From positions 1-26,022 of the forward strand of contig NW_021832686.1 of assembly GCF_006345805.1 (NCBI RefSeq): a stretch of DNA of 26,022 nucleotides, read 5' to 3'. This DNA is from Octopus sinensis. Its lineage: Eukaryota. The position numbers were made by a program, and so were the translations under genes. The notes beneath the pieces are model-generated. The model was not told the DNA's origin. It saw only the letters and a program-made list of their open reading frames with translations, and searched no databases. Each line of letters starts with the position of its first letter. Positions within the stretch are counted from its first letter, which is position 1. This document shows positions 1-10,371 of the stretch, one piece after another.

Positions 1-209
1 AACTAAACTGGATCTCTTCTTGTTGGGAGTCCCAGATGAACCTACCTCACGATAGGAGACACGGATGCGGGCAGCAGCATCGAACTCCCTTGTTGATCAA
101 GTGCCACGTATCAGAGGTGGATTCACAAACTAGTGTAGCTCATTCAGCGGTGGTGCCCCAGCATGGCCGCGGCCTTCGGGCTAAAACATTTTTAAGGATT
201 TAAGGATTG
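1..209 (+). mobile_element. 3' end of a CR1/L2-group non-LTR retrotransposon (ORF2 C-terminus remnant, 3' UTR, short-repeat tail); cut by the window edge
   Basis: Translates as KLDLFLLGVPDEPTSR*ETRMRAAASNSL, nearly identical to the C-terminus of the 23658-24449 ORF (KLDLFLSGVPDEPTSRQEVQMRASASNSL). It shares the 3' UTR motif GGTGCCCCAGCATGGCC and ends in TTTAAGGA repeats. There is an in-frame stop. Confidence 0.85.
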
Positions 210-212
210 ATA

Positions 213-248
<36 letters not shown>

Positions 249-266
249 TGTATGTATGTATGTATA
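210..266. repeat. (TA)n/(TATG)n microsatellite
   Basis: Read directly from the sequence. Confidence 0.95.
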
Positions 267-868
267 TTAACATCAGGTCACTTTCGAGTGCTACTGGTAA
301 CATGTAACCCAGTACAACCTGTTGGATGATCGGGTCTTCGGCAACTAAACCGGCAACCCCACCAAACTTGCTTGGTGAGGAGGATGTTTATTGGACACCC
401 TGCGGGATGAAAAACAAAACCATCAAAGGGCGGAGGAACTCTTGAGAGTCAACGGCCATCCAATAAATGTCTTAAGGCTGGATCATGCGCGGGGACATAG
501 AAATAATCGAACTGAATACCCGATCGCGCGGTTAAAGCATTGGGATTGAACGACTCCTAGCCTTTGTTAGGGCATCCTCCTAGGAGAAGGTAACTCAGGT
601 AACTGGGATAACTCCGACATAAAACCTGCGGCTCAGTGGTTACCGATGGTGTTGACTTGTTCTTCTTTTCGGAGTATGGCTGCTGTTGCTTAGTGAGTGG
701 GATTGACTCAGTGCACAGCCTTTCCTCACTTAAAAAAAATCTTCTTGCACAGGCATTACACGATAACAACATTGATTAAGCTTCCTGAAATGGCCATACT
801 CGATAGCGAGTGGGCGGCCACCATGTGTGTATGTATGTATGTATGTATGTATGTATGTATGTATGTAT
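267..868 (+). mobile_element. Putative non-autonomous bipartite RTE-like element: structured 5' region fused to an ORF C-terminal remnant and a (TGTA)n tail
   Basis: GC-richer block between two (TATG)n tracts. It contains GGCATCCTCCTAGGAGAAGGTAACTC...AAACC (571-626), which resembles a motif I recall from RTE 5' UTRs. 784-822 translates PEMAILDSEWAAT, like the RTE C-terminal AMxDRxxW pattern, and is directly followed by a microsatellite tail. Confidence 0.45.
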
Positions 869-873
869 AGGTT

Positions 874-1424
874 ATATTAAATCTCTGGGCGATAGAACCA
901 GTAACAATACGGAATCGTAACATATACTTGTCAACTAAGTGTGGCATCATATACAGGACAGTGCTAATGTCGTTTAAAGCCCCAGGAAGATATCACTTCC
1001 AGATTTCTAACGACACACATTCTGTGTCCGATTAGTATTTGAGAGGGTCATCGGTCCCATCTCTAGCCTTCTGTGAAACACACAGAATCGAGTTTCTGAG
1101 TGGCTACCCGTTCTCAGCGTGTGTTAATCAACAGCTAGTGATGAAAACCCACTTGCAAAATGGTATATGCTTTTTCCAGCGCCAAACCATTACTGATCTC
1201 GCAAAAGGAGAAAATAAATTATTAAATCTCTCTGCGAGATATAAACAGTAGCAATACGGAGTCGTATCATAAAATTGCCAACCAATTTTATACCTCACGT
1301 TTATAGCACCAGAACCACATCTCTTCTAGCTAGCTAATGACACAGATCCTATGTCCGATTAGATTAGTATTTGCGAGGGGATGTCATTGCTCCCATCTCT
1401 AGTCTTACGTGACTCGAATTTCTG
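874..1424 (+). repeat. Diverged direct repeat pair (about 874-1098 and 1219-1424)
   Basis: Collinear shared blocks: TATTAAATCTCT, CAGTA(A/G)CAATACGGA(A/G)TCGTA, CTAA(C/T)GACACA, TGTCCGATTAG, TAGTATTTG, CCCATCTCTAG, TCGA(G/A)TTTCTG. Confidence 0.8.
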
Positions 1425-1434
1425 TATATATATA

Positions 1435-1866
1435 TATATAGGAAACACGACAAGAAAACTGCATGTTCGTATTAAGGAACACTTGCAGGCAGACACTTCT
1501 GTGAAGAAACATCCACGTAAATGCCAGACCCGGGAGTTCACAGCGGAATACGGTAACACAGCAGAACAGGAGCAGCCATAGAATTTCTGAGGCCATCATC
1601 ATACACCAAAAGAAACCTAAGATCAACAACAGAAAAGTGTTACAAGAAGCTAGCTGGTTGCTATTAGAAAACCTCTCCGCACTTGTTCACTCCAAGCATG
1701 CTCACACAAAAGCACATCAGCAGCAATCGTCAATTTCTTGAAAAGGGAGTCATAACCCCGAAATATTGAATACAAGGTAAGTCTACATTAATTCACATAT
1801 TTTCTTTCTTGTGATTTACCTTGCATTTGCTTCGTATTATTTTGGCTTTATCCACTATTCTTATAC

Positions 1867-1870
<4 letters not shown>
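1435..1870 (+). mobile_element. Penelope-like element 3' fragment: GIY-YIG endonuclease remnant plus pLTR-like region
   Basis: YIGNTTRKLHVRIKEH (YIGxTxRxLxxRxxEH motif), then after a frameshift RISEAIIIHQKKPKIN (EAxxIxxxxPxxN motif). A hammerhead-like motif follows. (TA)n lies on both sides. Confidence 0.85.
1733..1772 (+). ncRNA. Minimal type I hammerhead ribozyme-like motif, U3-A8 core variant
   Basis: TTC | TTGAAAA core (1738-1744) | stem II GGG(A)GT-CATA-ACCCC | GAAA (1760-1763) | palindromic AATATT stem III | GAA. Stem I is only about 3 bp. Confidence 0.6.
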
Positions 1871-1902
<32 letters not shown>

Positions 1903-1905
<3 letters not shown>

Positions 1906-2450
1906 GAACAAGAGCACAACGGACGACAATGAAAATATACGGACAAATGGACGATACAAAGACAGACAAGAAAACCAGGACAGAAAATTCGTGGCTTTCT
2001 ATTCCTCAGTCAAGCTTCCAAGTATCACTAGAGTTTCGGCCTGTTACACTTGAGACTGTTCAAAATAGGTTGGCCCTAAAAATCTAAGCTAAGGGGATTA
2101 ACTTTTGGGAAGAAAGCGGGTGAATATGTGTGACAACATGGACAAAAAAAAACGAAGAAAATGTTACACAGTTACAAATACAAACAATAAGAATATCAAC
2201 AGGTGTCTTTCGACTAAAAGGTCAAGCTAAGTTAAGCTGGTGTGTGAAGTGGAAGCTTTATGGTAACAAATATAGATGAAAGTCAGGAGACAAGAAAAGA
2301 AGCTGTTGTTCGAGCAGCGGTCACTTGGGCAGAACAGAGAGGGGTAGGGTGCAGAGGGATAGAAGAGTTAGGGAAGGAACTAGAGAGAGAGGGGGAGGAA
2401 AAGGTACAAGGGAGATAACAGAGATAAGTAGAGAAATTAAAGGAAGAGAA
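1903..2450. repeat. Unclassified probable interspersed repeat following a (TA)n tract, purine-rich at its right end
   Basis: Abrupt start at the microsatellite boundary. No coding homology recognised. Confidence 0.3.
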
Positions 2451-2509
2451 TGCCAAGAAATGTGAGAGAGGGGGAGCGAGAAAACAAAAATGGAAAGAAA
2501 GAGAGTATC

Positions 2510-2775
<266 letters not shown>

Positions 2776-2779
2776 GGAT

Positions 2780-3228
2780 GGAGTACAATCATGCGTACAT
2801 ACCTCAATAAAACGTAAATACAATAGACCTGATGTACAGATTTGGGATATAGAAGAGAAACTGTGTACAGTTGTGGAAATTACCTGCCCTATGGATGTTA
2901 ACATAAAGCGGGACACAAGTGAAAAAGAGAATACCTACGCTATTGAGTTACTTTATCCAGATTAAAAGTTCAGATTAATACTTGTAATTATTGGGGCATT
3001 TGGATATGTAACACACTGCCTAAATAGTAATCTTGAGAAATTAGACTTCTCAAAACCAGAAAAGAGAATGCTGATTCGAAGACCAGATATCTAAGCCATC
3101 ATTGGAATTGTAAAAATCTGTAAAACTTTCCAAAAGTTTATCATTCAAGTATATAGGATCATGTATATACATGCAACTAGACATGCAACTGAGAATACAT
3201 ACATAAAACAAAACATACAAATCTGCAG
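2780..3228 (+). mobile_element. 5'-truncated non-LTR retrotransposon with restriction-like endonuclease (R4/Dong/NeSL/HERO-type): C-terminus and start of 3' UTR
   Basis: NRPDVQIWDIEEKLCTVVEITCPMDVNI...EKENTY...YPD*KFRLILVIIGAFG...ICKTF. This has the RPD, E and KxxxY motifs of the PD-(D/E)xK RLE domain plus the IIGAxG motif. In-frame stops are present. Confidence 0.85.
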
Positions 3229-3299
3229 GTATACATACATACATACATACATGCATGCATACATACATACATACATACATACATACATACATACATACA

Positions 3300-3331
<32 letters not shown>

Positions 3332-3345
3332 CATACATGCATGTA
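3229..3345. repeat. (TACA)n microsatellite
   Basis: Read directly from the sequence. Confidence 0.95.
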
Positions 3346-3386
3346 ACCTCGAGATGGTTTCACCAATATAATTTTCCATACATGTC

Positions 3387-3677
3387 ACAGAGGTCAGCTG
3401 CCATGCAGATATAAATATCTCTTTGAAAATCAAAAGAAAAATAGGATATCTATGGACAACTGCTTCGAAACCTCAGCTTCTATATCAAGACTATGAATTC
3501 ATACTCATAGCAATAATAATTGGAGCACTAGGTTTTGTTAGCAAATGCTTATAGGAGAATCTGGATAAATTGGGATTTTCAGAAAGAGAAACTAACCGGC
3601 TGATTCGTACATTACAAGTCAAATCTGTGAGTGGAACAGAAAAAATATGCAAGACTTTTCTGAAGTTACAAGTGTGA
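3387..3677 (+). mobile_element. Second, diverged RLE-type non-LTR retrotransposon C-terminal fragment
   Basis: TEVSCHADINISLKI...DIYGQLLRNL..LLYQDYEFILIAIIIGALGFVSKCL*ENLDKLGFSERETNRLIRTLQVKSVSGTEKICKTFLKLQV*. It aligns throughout with the 2780-3150 fragment and carries frameshifts and stops. Confidence 0.85.
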
Positions 3678-4242
3678 ATTTGTCTGTGTTAACTACATCC
3701 CAAAGATAGAACCTTGCATCTTTGTTGGAATTCGGCTCCCTCGTCAGTGGAAAGTTTATAATAATTAACAAATAGAAGACATACATACCAAAATACCCTG
3801 TTGTAGTTGTTGACATTCTAATGAAGAATCCTTGGATCTAGGTTAGAAACCGGCTCTTACTCTGTTGGTAAGAAATCTTGAAAAAAAAAACTGAATAATG
3901 ATATACGTGCACATACTTACAGATCCATGTCAATAATACTGAGATTATTCGGATTGTTTGCGCTGAAACAATTAGTAGAATAACAGAACGAATCGCAGCG
4001 AAGTATCCAGACTTGATAGTATAATAATGTAGCGGTAATGTGTAGAAATAATCCTTCATCCAACTTAACCCCCTTAACCATGAAGGTGTTTTCGGCTGCA
4101 GTTAGCTTCAATAACAGGAAGAGATGACCTGCCAACTTTTGTTATTTCAAATTGAAGAGGGCTGCATCTTTACTTTGAATTCACCCTCCTCAACACTACT
4201 TGTCATAGATAACTAGTTTGTAGAAGACATTTGAAACTTTGT

Positions 4243-4760
4243 TATGCAATAAAGCTCTGTATGAAACTGGACAAAAACGCTTCCGGATCTTATAAAATAT
4301 TTCAGACTGCTTATGGTTTAACTTTGCTCTGATACAAGAGTTTCAAGAACGATAGATAGCGCGGAGTTGAGAGACGATGAGAACTGTGGAAAGAGAGAGG
4401 TATAAGAACATCAGGGCTGAATAGGAAAATTCGCAATTTTATGGATGCATACTGTCCTGTGTCTAGAAAGGCGATAAGTGTATGGTTCGAGGTCGATGTG
4501 GCAAGCAGAATTATTCATGGAGATTTGAACATATGCGAAATTTGTGCAAAGTTCGTACCAAACATACTCGGTGACGAACAACAGCTTGATAGAAATGGGT
4601 GTCAAAACATCCCTCACTCTCCCTGCTTACCATTCCTTCTCCCTGTGACTTTTGGTTGTTCTCCAGGCTGAAGGAGAATGTCAGGGGCATTTTGTTTAAA
4701 GATGAAAGCTGTGATCGGATCTTCAACACTTTCACTTTGGGAAACTTACGTGATGCCTTA
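4243..4760 (+). mobile_element. Degenerate, internally deleted mariner-family transposase remnant
   Basis: YAIKLCMKLDKNASGSYKIFQTAYG (N-terminal HTH), LRDDENCG, IIHGDLNICEICAKFVPNIL (WVPHEL-equivalent) and PCDFWLFSRLKENVRG (after the YSPDL region). Multiple frameshifts. Confidence 0.8.
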
Positions 4761-4762
4761 TA

Positions 4763-5015
4763 TTAAGGTTGGTGCATAATTATTGCGGCTTTTTTTCTTT
4801 TCAGTAAATTTTAATCAACGAAAACAATAACAACATTTAAAAAAAATTTCATTAAATGATTATTCCGGAGAATATTCACCATCTACTGCAATTACTGCTT
4901 CCCATTTTCTTAGCAGCCGGTCGGAATAATTATTTAAAGATGTTTTTGTTAAATGTTGTTATTGTTTTTATTGAATAAATTTTATTGAAAAAAGCCGAAA
5001 TAATTATGCACCAAC

Positions 5016-5019
<4 letters not shown>
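4763..5019. mobile_element. Mariner-derived MITE with long imperfect TIRs and TA target duplication
   Basis: TA-TTAAGGTTGGTGCATAATTATTGCGGCTTTTTT ... AAAAAAGCCGAAATAATTATGCACCAACCTAA-TA. The arms stay complementary for about 100 bp. The central spacer on the minus strand reads DRLLRKWEAVIAVDGEY, a mariner C-terminus pattern. Confidence 0.9.
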
Positions 5020-5049
<30 letters not shown>

Positions 5050-5235
5050 TGTGTGTGTGTATGTGTGCATGTGTGTGTGCATGTGTGCGTATGTGTGGGT
5101 GTGCATGTGTGTGTGTGCATGCGTGTATGTGTGTGTTGGTGTGTGTGTGTATGTATTTTTGTATGTATGTATGTATGTATGTGTATATGTCTATATGTAT
5201 GTATAAGATAGAAAAGTAACACACGAGTTGATATG

Positions 5236-5429
5236 TATAAGGAAAATAAAACAAGGTAGGAAATGCTAAAATAATTTTATCATGAAGAGCATTTTAGTAC
5301 CGGTTTCCGTCTGAGTATAATTAGTAAAACAGTTAAATTGGAGAAAAAATATTAAGTGAAATGTTTTGTAGATATTTTCAGTTTTTGAATAGGTAAATAT
5401 TTCCATAGTTTTCAGTCAGTCTGTCTCTC

Positions 5430-5493
<64 letters not shown>

Positions 5494-5815
5494 TCTATTT
5501 CTTTGTGAATGCCTGGTAGGTAGGTAGGTAGGTAGGTAGGTAGGTAATAGTAAATTTACTATCTACCTACCTACCTGCCAGGCATTCACAAAGGAATAGA
5601 GAGAAAGACAGACTACCTGGAAACTATGGAAATATTTACCTATTCAAAGACTATGAAAATATCTACAAAACATTTCACTTAATTTTTTTCTCCAATTCAA
5701 TTGTTTTTCTAATTGTACGCAGTTAAAAAAGTCTAAAATGATAGAAAACGGTACTAAAATTTTTGTCATGATAAAATTATTTTAGCATTTTCTACCTTGT
5801 CTTATTTTCTTTATA
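5236..5815. repeat. About 580-bp spacerless palindrome (head-to-head inverted duplication) centred at 5554/5555
   Basis: Centre ATAGTAAATTTACTAT (5547-5562). The arms match outward to TATAAGGAAAATAAAACAAGGTAG / CTACCTTGTCTTATTTTCTTTATA. The (CT)n and (TAGG)n tracts differ in length between arms. Confidence 0.92.
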
Positions 5816-5816
5816 G

Positions 5817-5877
<61 letters not shown>

Positions 5878-5927
5878 TATAAGGCAAATGAAAGACAGAA
5901 GAGGGAATATACGAGAATTTATTGTTA

Positions 5928-6033
5928 ATCACGACAATTGTTTCGACACATCTAGCGTCGATTCCTCTTGGGTGGGACATTTAAGAACTGGTTCAGGACC
6001 ATCCAGTGGTGCACATGTATCTCGTCGGGTGAT
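5928..6033 (-). ncRNA. Type I hammerhead ribozyme-like motif with a long loop II insertion
   Basis: Minus strand: ATCAC | CCGACGA | GATACAT ...about 60 nt... ATGTGTC | GAAA | CAATTG | TC | GTGAT. Stem I is 5 bp, stem II is 7 bp, stem III is the palindrome ACAATTGT and the cleavage triplet is GUC. Core U4 is replaced by C. Confidence 0.7.
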
Positions 6034-6067
6034 AAATAAATACACACACACACACCACATACACACA

Positions 6068-6107
<40 letters not shown>

Positions 6108-6126
6108 ACATACACACAAACACGCG

Positions 6127-6158
<32 letters not shown>

Positions 6159-6934
6159 GATTCTCATATATATATATAGGTATATATTGTAGACTACTCT
6201 CTTTACGGATTTTAGAATACCCTGTTTACATTTCTTAAATGTTGGTGATGCTCAAGGAAAATTTCCCTTGTTGATGATCTTTTGATTATTCAGCCTCTCA
6301 CTACTCGCTTGTTTATGTAGTAAACCTGGTGACTTGAGAGTTGCGTAACATACAACGTATTTTCTTTCTGAGCATACTGCATACCTGACGGTACTGTTTG
6401 CGTCATAAAACGCCTCTTCCTGATACGATTTAAAAATCTACTGACGGAGAGTGAACATGCTACTATCATGTTTTTAAGAATGAAATCAACCTCTCTGTCT
6501 ATATATCTACCCTCTTTATAATGTTGGTAAATGAAATAAGGATAAGAATGTGCATTGTCCATTTAACTGGAAAATTTTATAAGTGGCTGAAGATTGCTCG
6601 ACATTTTAAAACTGATGTAATGCTTTCAGTTTTTAATAAAATGAAGTAGCAGGAAACAATTGTATTATTCTACCTTGGATAGCCTTGTTGCTTATTTTGA
6701 TTATAATCACCCCATCTGATTTATATGGTTAATACCATACAAAATTCTGGTGCCTTTAACTTAAGTACCATATTCATCTGAATCTAAATTTTGATGAGCT
6801 TATATATATGAGTATATATGTATATATATATATGTATATATATATGTGTGTGTGTATGTGTGTGTAAGAACTACTGTAATTTTTTAAGAAACAGAATTTA
6901 GCGTCGAATTGCAAACAGGTCTTGTAACTAAACC

Positions 6935-6978
<44 letters not shown>

Positions 6979-7269
6979 TCTATCTCTCTCTCATTTTTTC
7001 TGCACAAGTCACCGAAAAAGAAGCGTCTCTAATTCTGATTACTCCACTTTCATATATATTTCATTAGATCTTCGAAAAACAAAAGCGTGGAGAAAAATGT
7101 AAGAGAGAGGTGAAGACTTATTGTGTTATTAAGTGGCTATTGTTGTGTATTTACATGCGACAGACTGTTCACTAGATATAACATGATATAATATATTAAA
7201 TGATATGTATGCACACATCACATACATTCATACATGTGTGTGTATGCATTTATGTGTGCGCGCGCGCGC

Positions 7270-7310
<41 letters not shown>

Positions 7311-7807
7311 ATTTTAACTTTTCTCAAAACGGACTGATAATATCCCGGACATTGGTCTAACTAAATGAGAAGCAAATCTTTCAGCACACTATCTAAATGA
7401 ATGAAGGAACGAGGACAGGCATGTAAATATATACCAATTTGCTATATAAGTGTATGTACACGGAAAATGAGCAAATGGAAAGATTGTTGTGCGTATTGAT
7501 TAGAATACTATTGAAAAATACCTTGAAAAATATAATGGAAATAAGAAATATACGTAAACGCGTTGTGTGATATGTTTACAAAGAGCACAGGCATATATGA
7601 GCCAGAAATAGAGCACTCACGAATACTTGTAAATATATACCTTTATATGTGTATGTATATTCAGATCTATAGAAGATGATATCAGTATGGTGATGCAAAC
7701 AGGAAAAATAGAACTCAAAATATGAATATATGTATTTTTATAATTGATATTTAGCAGACGTAACAGAGTGAGTCAAGGTCGAGATTTTTGTGCGTTTGCA
7801 CTTACAA

Positions 7808-8410
<603 letters not shown>

Positions 8411-9003
8411 CACACACAGAAATATGTAAATAGATAGATACATGCATGCATAAATAGATTATATATTCATATACACATATACACACACAATCACACGCAT
8501 ATATAATCGCATGTATTTACATCTACATATGAATTGACGTATAAAATATGATACAATGCTGATTCTAACTAATATAAAAAATCACAGTCTAGATGTGATT
8601 GACTTACATGATGACGTGATACAGACGGGTTTGCCATTTCTTTATTAACCCCTACCTGAAACTTAATAGCAGCAAAAGCTGTCAGAGTTTGAGGATAATG
8701 TTTCTAAATGGATTTGATTGTTTTTCTAAACCCCTGCCCACCGTCAGATGTAATGCTTTCATCGACAGAGTTTCAATGTCCATTTAGTTTTGCTAATACG
8801 GTCATTTAATAACGTGTGACACATGGGCTGTCAGAAATAAATAAATAACTTGCGCAGACTCTCGCAATTACATACAAGCACAAGTACATAAATATGAATG
8901 TAGACCACACACGTGAATACATGCGTGCACAAACACGCACACGTACACACACATATACGCACTCGCACACACACACACACATATATATATACACACATTC
9001 ATG

Positions 9004-9036
<33 letters not shown>

Positions 9037-9193
9037 GATATATATTCACCCATCACATACATTCATACGTTGAGATGTATTGAAAGATACAGATAAGGAA
9101 ATAATTTTATTCTCAAACGCAGGATAACGCTAATAACAAAGCATGAACAAGATAAACTAACCATATTCTGCAGAAAAATCTGCATATGTTATG

Positions 9194-9490
9194 AAGGGTT
9201 AAACCCCACTTCGGCCATGAACGACAATGGGATTGCTCCTAGAAGGATCCCCTCCAAGGCACAAATCCGGGCAAGGTTGTTTATGGAACACCAGCAGTCG
9301 ACCATGTATCCCGTGTTCACTCAACGCCTCTGATGTTATCCAAGGGAAAGGCAACTCATATCTGCAGCTGAGCGAACCAAAGCAACGTGAAATAAAGCAA
9401 GTTGTTCCTGAACACAACGCACAATCCTATCCAGAAATCGAACACACTACCTCATGATTGTGAGCGCGATGCTCTAATCACGGAGCCATC
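9194..9490 (-). mobile_element. tRNA-derived SINE (second family, head related to 17185-17410)
   Basis: Minus strand: A-box-like TGGCTCCGTGATTAGAGC, B-box-like GTTCGATTTC, then TTGTGTTCAGGAACAA...TTTCACGTTGCT, similar to the 17185 copy. Confidence 0.7.
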
Positions 9491-9691
9491 TCGATTTTTG
9501 TAATAATTGTCGATCTAAATGTTGGTTAGTTTGTCGCTTGATTTCACCACTGACGTATTTTATTTTCCCTTCCAAGGAAATATTGTTGCGTTTGTTGAAG
9601 TTGCTGTTGCATCATTTTTATTGAAATAGTTACCTTCGTTGTTGTCCGTCTTTCGTTATGCATGTTTAAGTCAATATTGCCAATCAAGGAA

Positions 9692-9923
9692 GGCGGCGAG
9701 CTGGCAGAAACGTTAGCACGCCAGGCGAAATGCGTAGCCGTATTTCGTCTGCCGTTACGTTCTGAGTTCGAATTCCGCCGAGGTCGACTTTGCCTTTCTT
9801 CCTTTCGGGGTCGATAAATTAAGTACCAGTTACGCACTGGGGTCGATGTAATCGACTTAATCCGTTTGTTTGTCCTTGTTTGTCCTCTCTGTGTTTAGCC
9901 CCTTGTGGGAAGTAAAGAAATAG
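9692..9923 (+). mobile_element. tRNA-derived SINE, octopus-type family, unit 1 of trimer
   Basis: Head GGCGGCGAGCTGGCAGAAACGTTAGC, B box GTTCGAATTCC, central TCCTTTCGGGGTCGATAAATTAAGTACCAG. Multiple copies occur in the window. Confidence 0.9.
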
Positions 9924-9932
9924 TTATCTAAG

Positions 9933-10163
9933 GGCGGCGAGCTGACAGAAACGTTAGCACGCCGGGCAAAATGCTTAGCGGTATTTCGTCTGCCGCTACG
10001 TTCTGAGTTCAAATTCCACCGAGGTCGACTTTGCCTTTCATCCTTTCGGGGTCGATAAATTAACTACCAGTTATGCATTGGGATCGATGTAATCGACTTA
10101 ATCCCTTTGTCTGTCCTTGTTTGTCCCCTCTATGTTTAGCCCATTGTGGACAATAAAGAAATA
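9933..10163 (+). mobile_element. tRNA-derived SINE, unit 2 of trimer
   Basis: Near-identical to 9692-9923. Confidence 0.9.
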
Positions 10164-10164
10164 A

Positions 10165-10325
10165 GAAAGGTTAGCACGGCGGGCGAAATCAAATTCCACC
10201 GAAGTCGACTTTGCCTTTCATCCTGTTGGGGTCAATAAATTAAGTACCAGTTGCGTACTGGAGTCGATCTAATCGACTGACCCTCTCTCCAAATATTTTC
10301 GGGCCTTGTGCCTAGAGTAGAAAAG
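10165..10325 (+). mobile_element. tRNA-derived SINE, internally deleted unit 3 with a different 3' tail
   Basis: GTTAGCACGGCGGGCGAAAT is joined directly to CAAATTCCACCGAAG. The tail GGCCTTGTGCCTAGAGTAGAAAAG matches the tail type of 10372-10574. Confidence 0.85.
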
Positions 10326-10371
10326 AATATTGTCAATCAAGCTTGTTAATAAATACTTTCTAATAGATAAT

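Noticed and set aside
540-640. HDV-like ribozyme in the RTE-like element
   Set aside because: I could not assemble the nested double pseudoknot (P1, P1.1, P2, P3, P4) by eye on either strand.
1990-2050. Minus-strand GCCGAAAC and CTGAGGA as a permuted hammerhead
   Set aside because: I could not build consistent stems I and II or a valid NUH triplet.
3348-3390. Minus-strand TCMENYIGET resembling a Penelope GIY-YIG motif
   Set aside because: Only about 40 bp long and abutting the plus-strand RLE fragment. It may be real but is too short to call.
3815-3860. CTAATGA...GAAACCGG hammerhead-like string
   Set aside because: Core G5 is missing, stem II does not abut GAAA and there is no stem I.
9692-10325. 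Repeated units as a CRISPR-like array
   Set aside because: The units are about 230-bp tRNA-derived SINEs in eukaryotic DNA, with no short repeat-spacer structure or cas genes.
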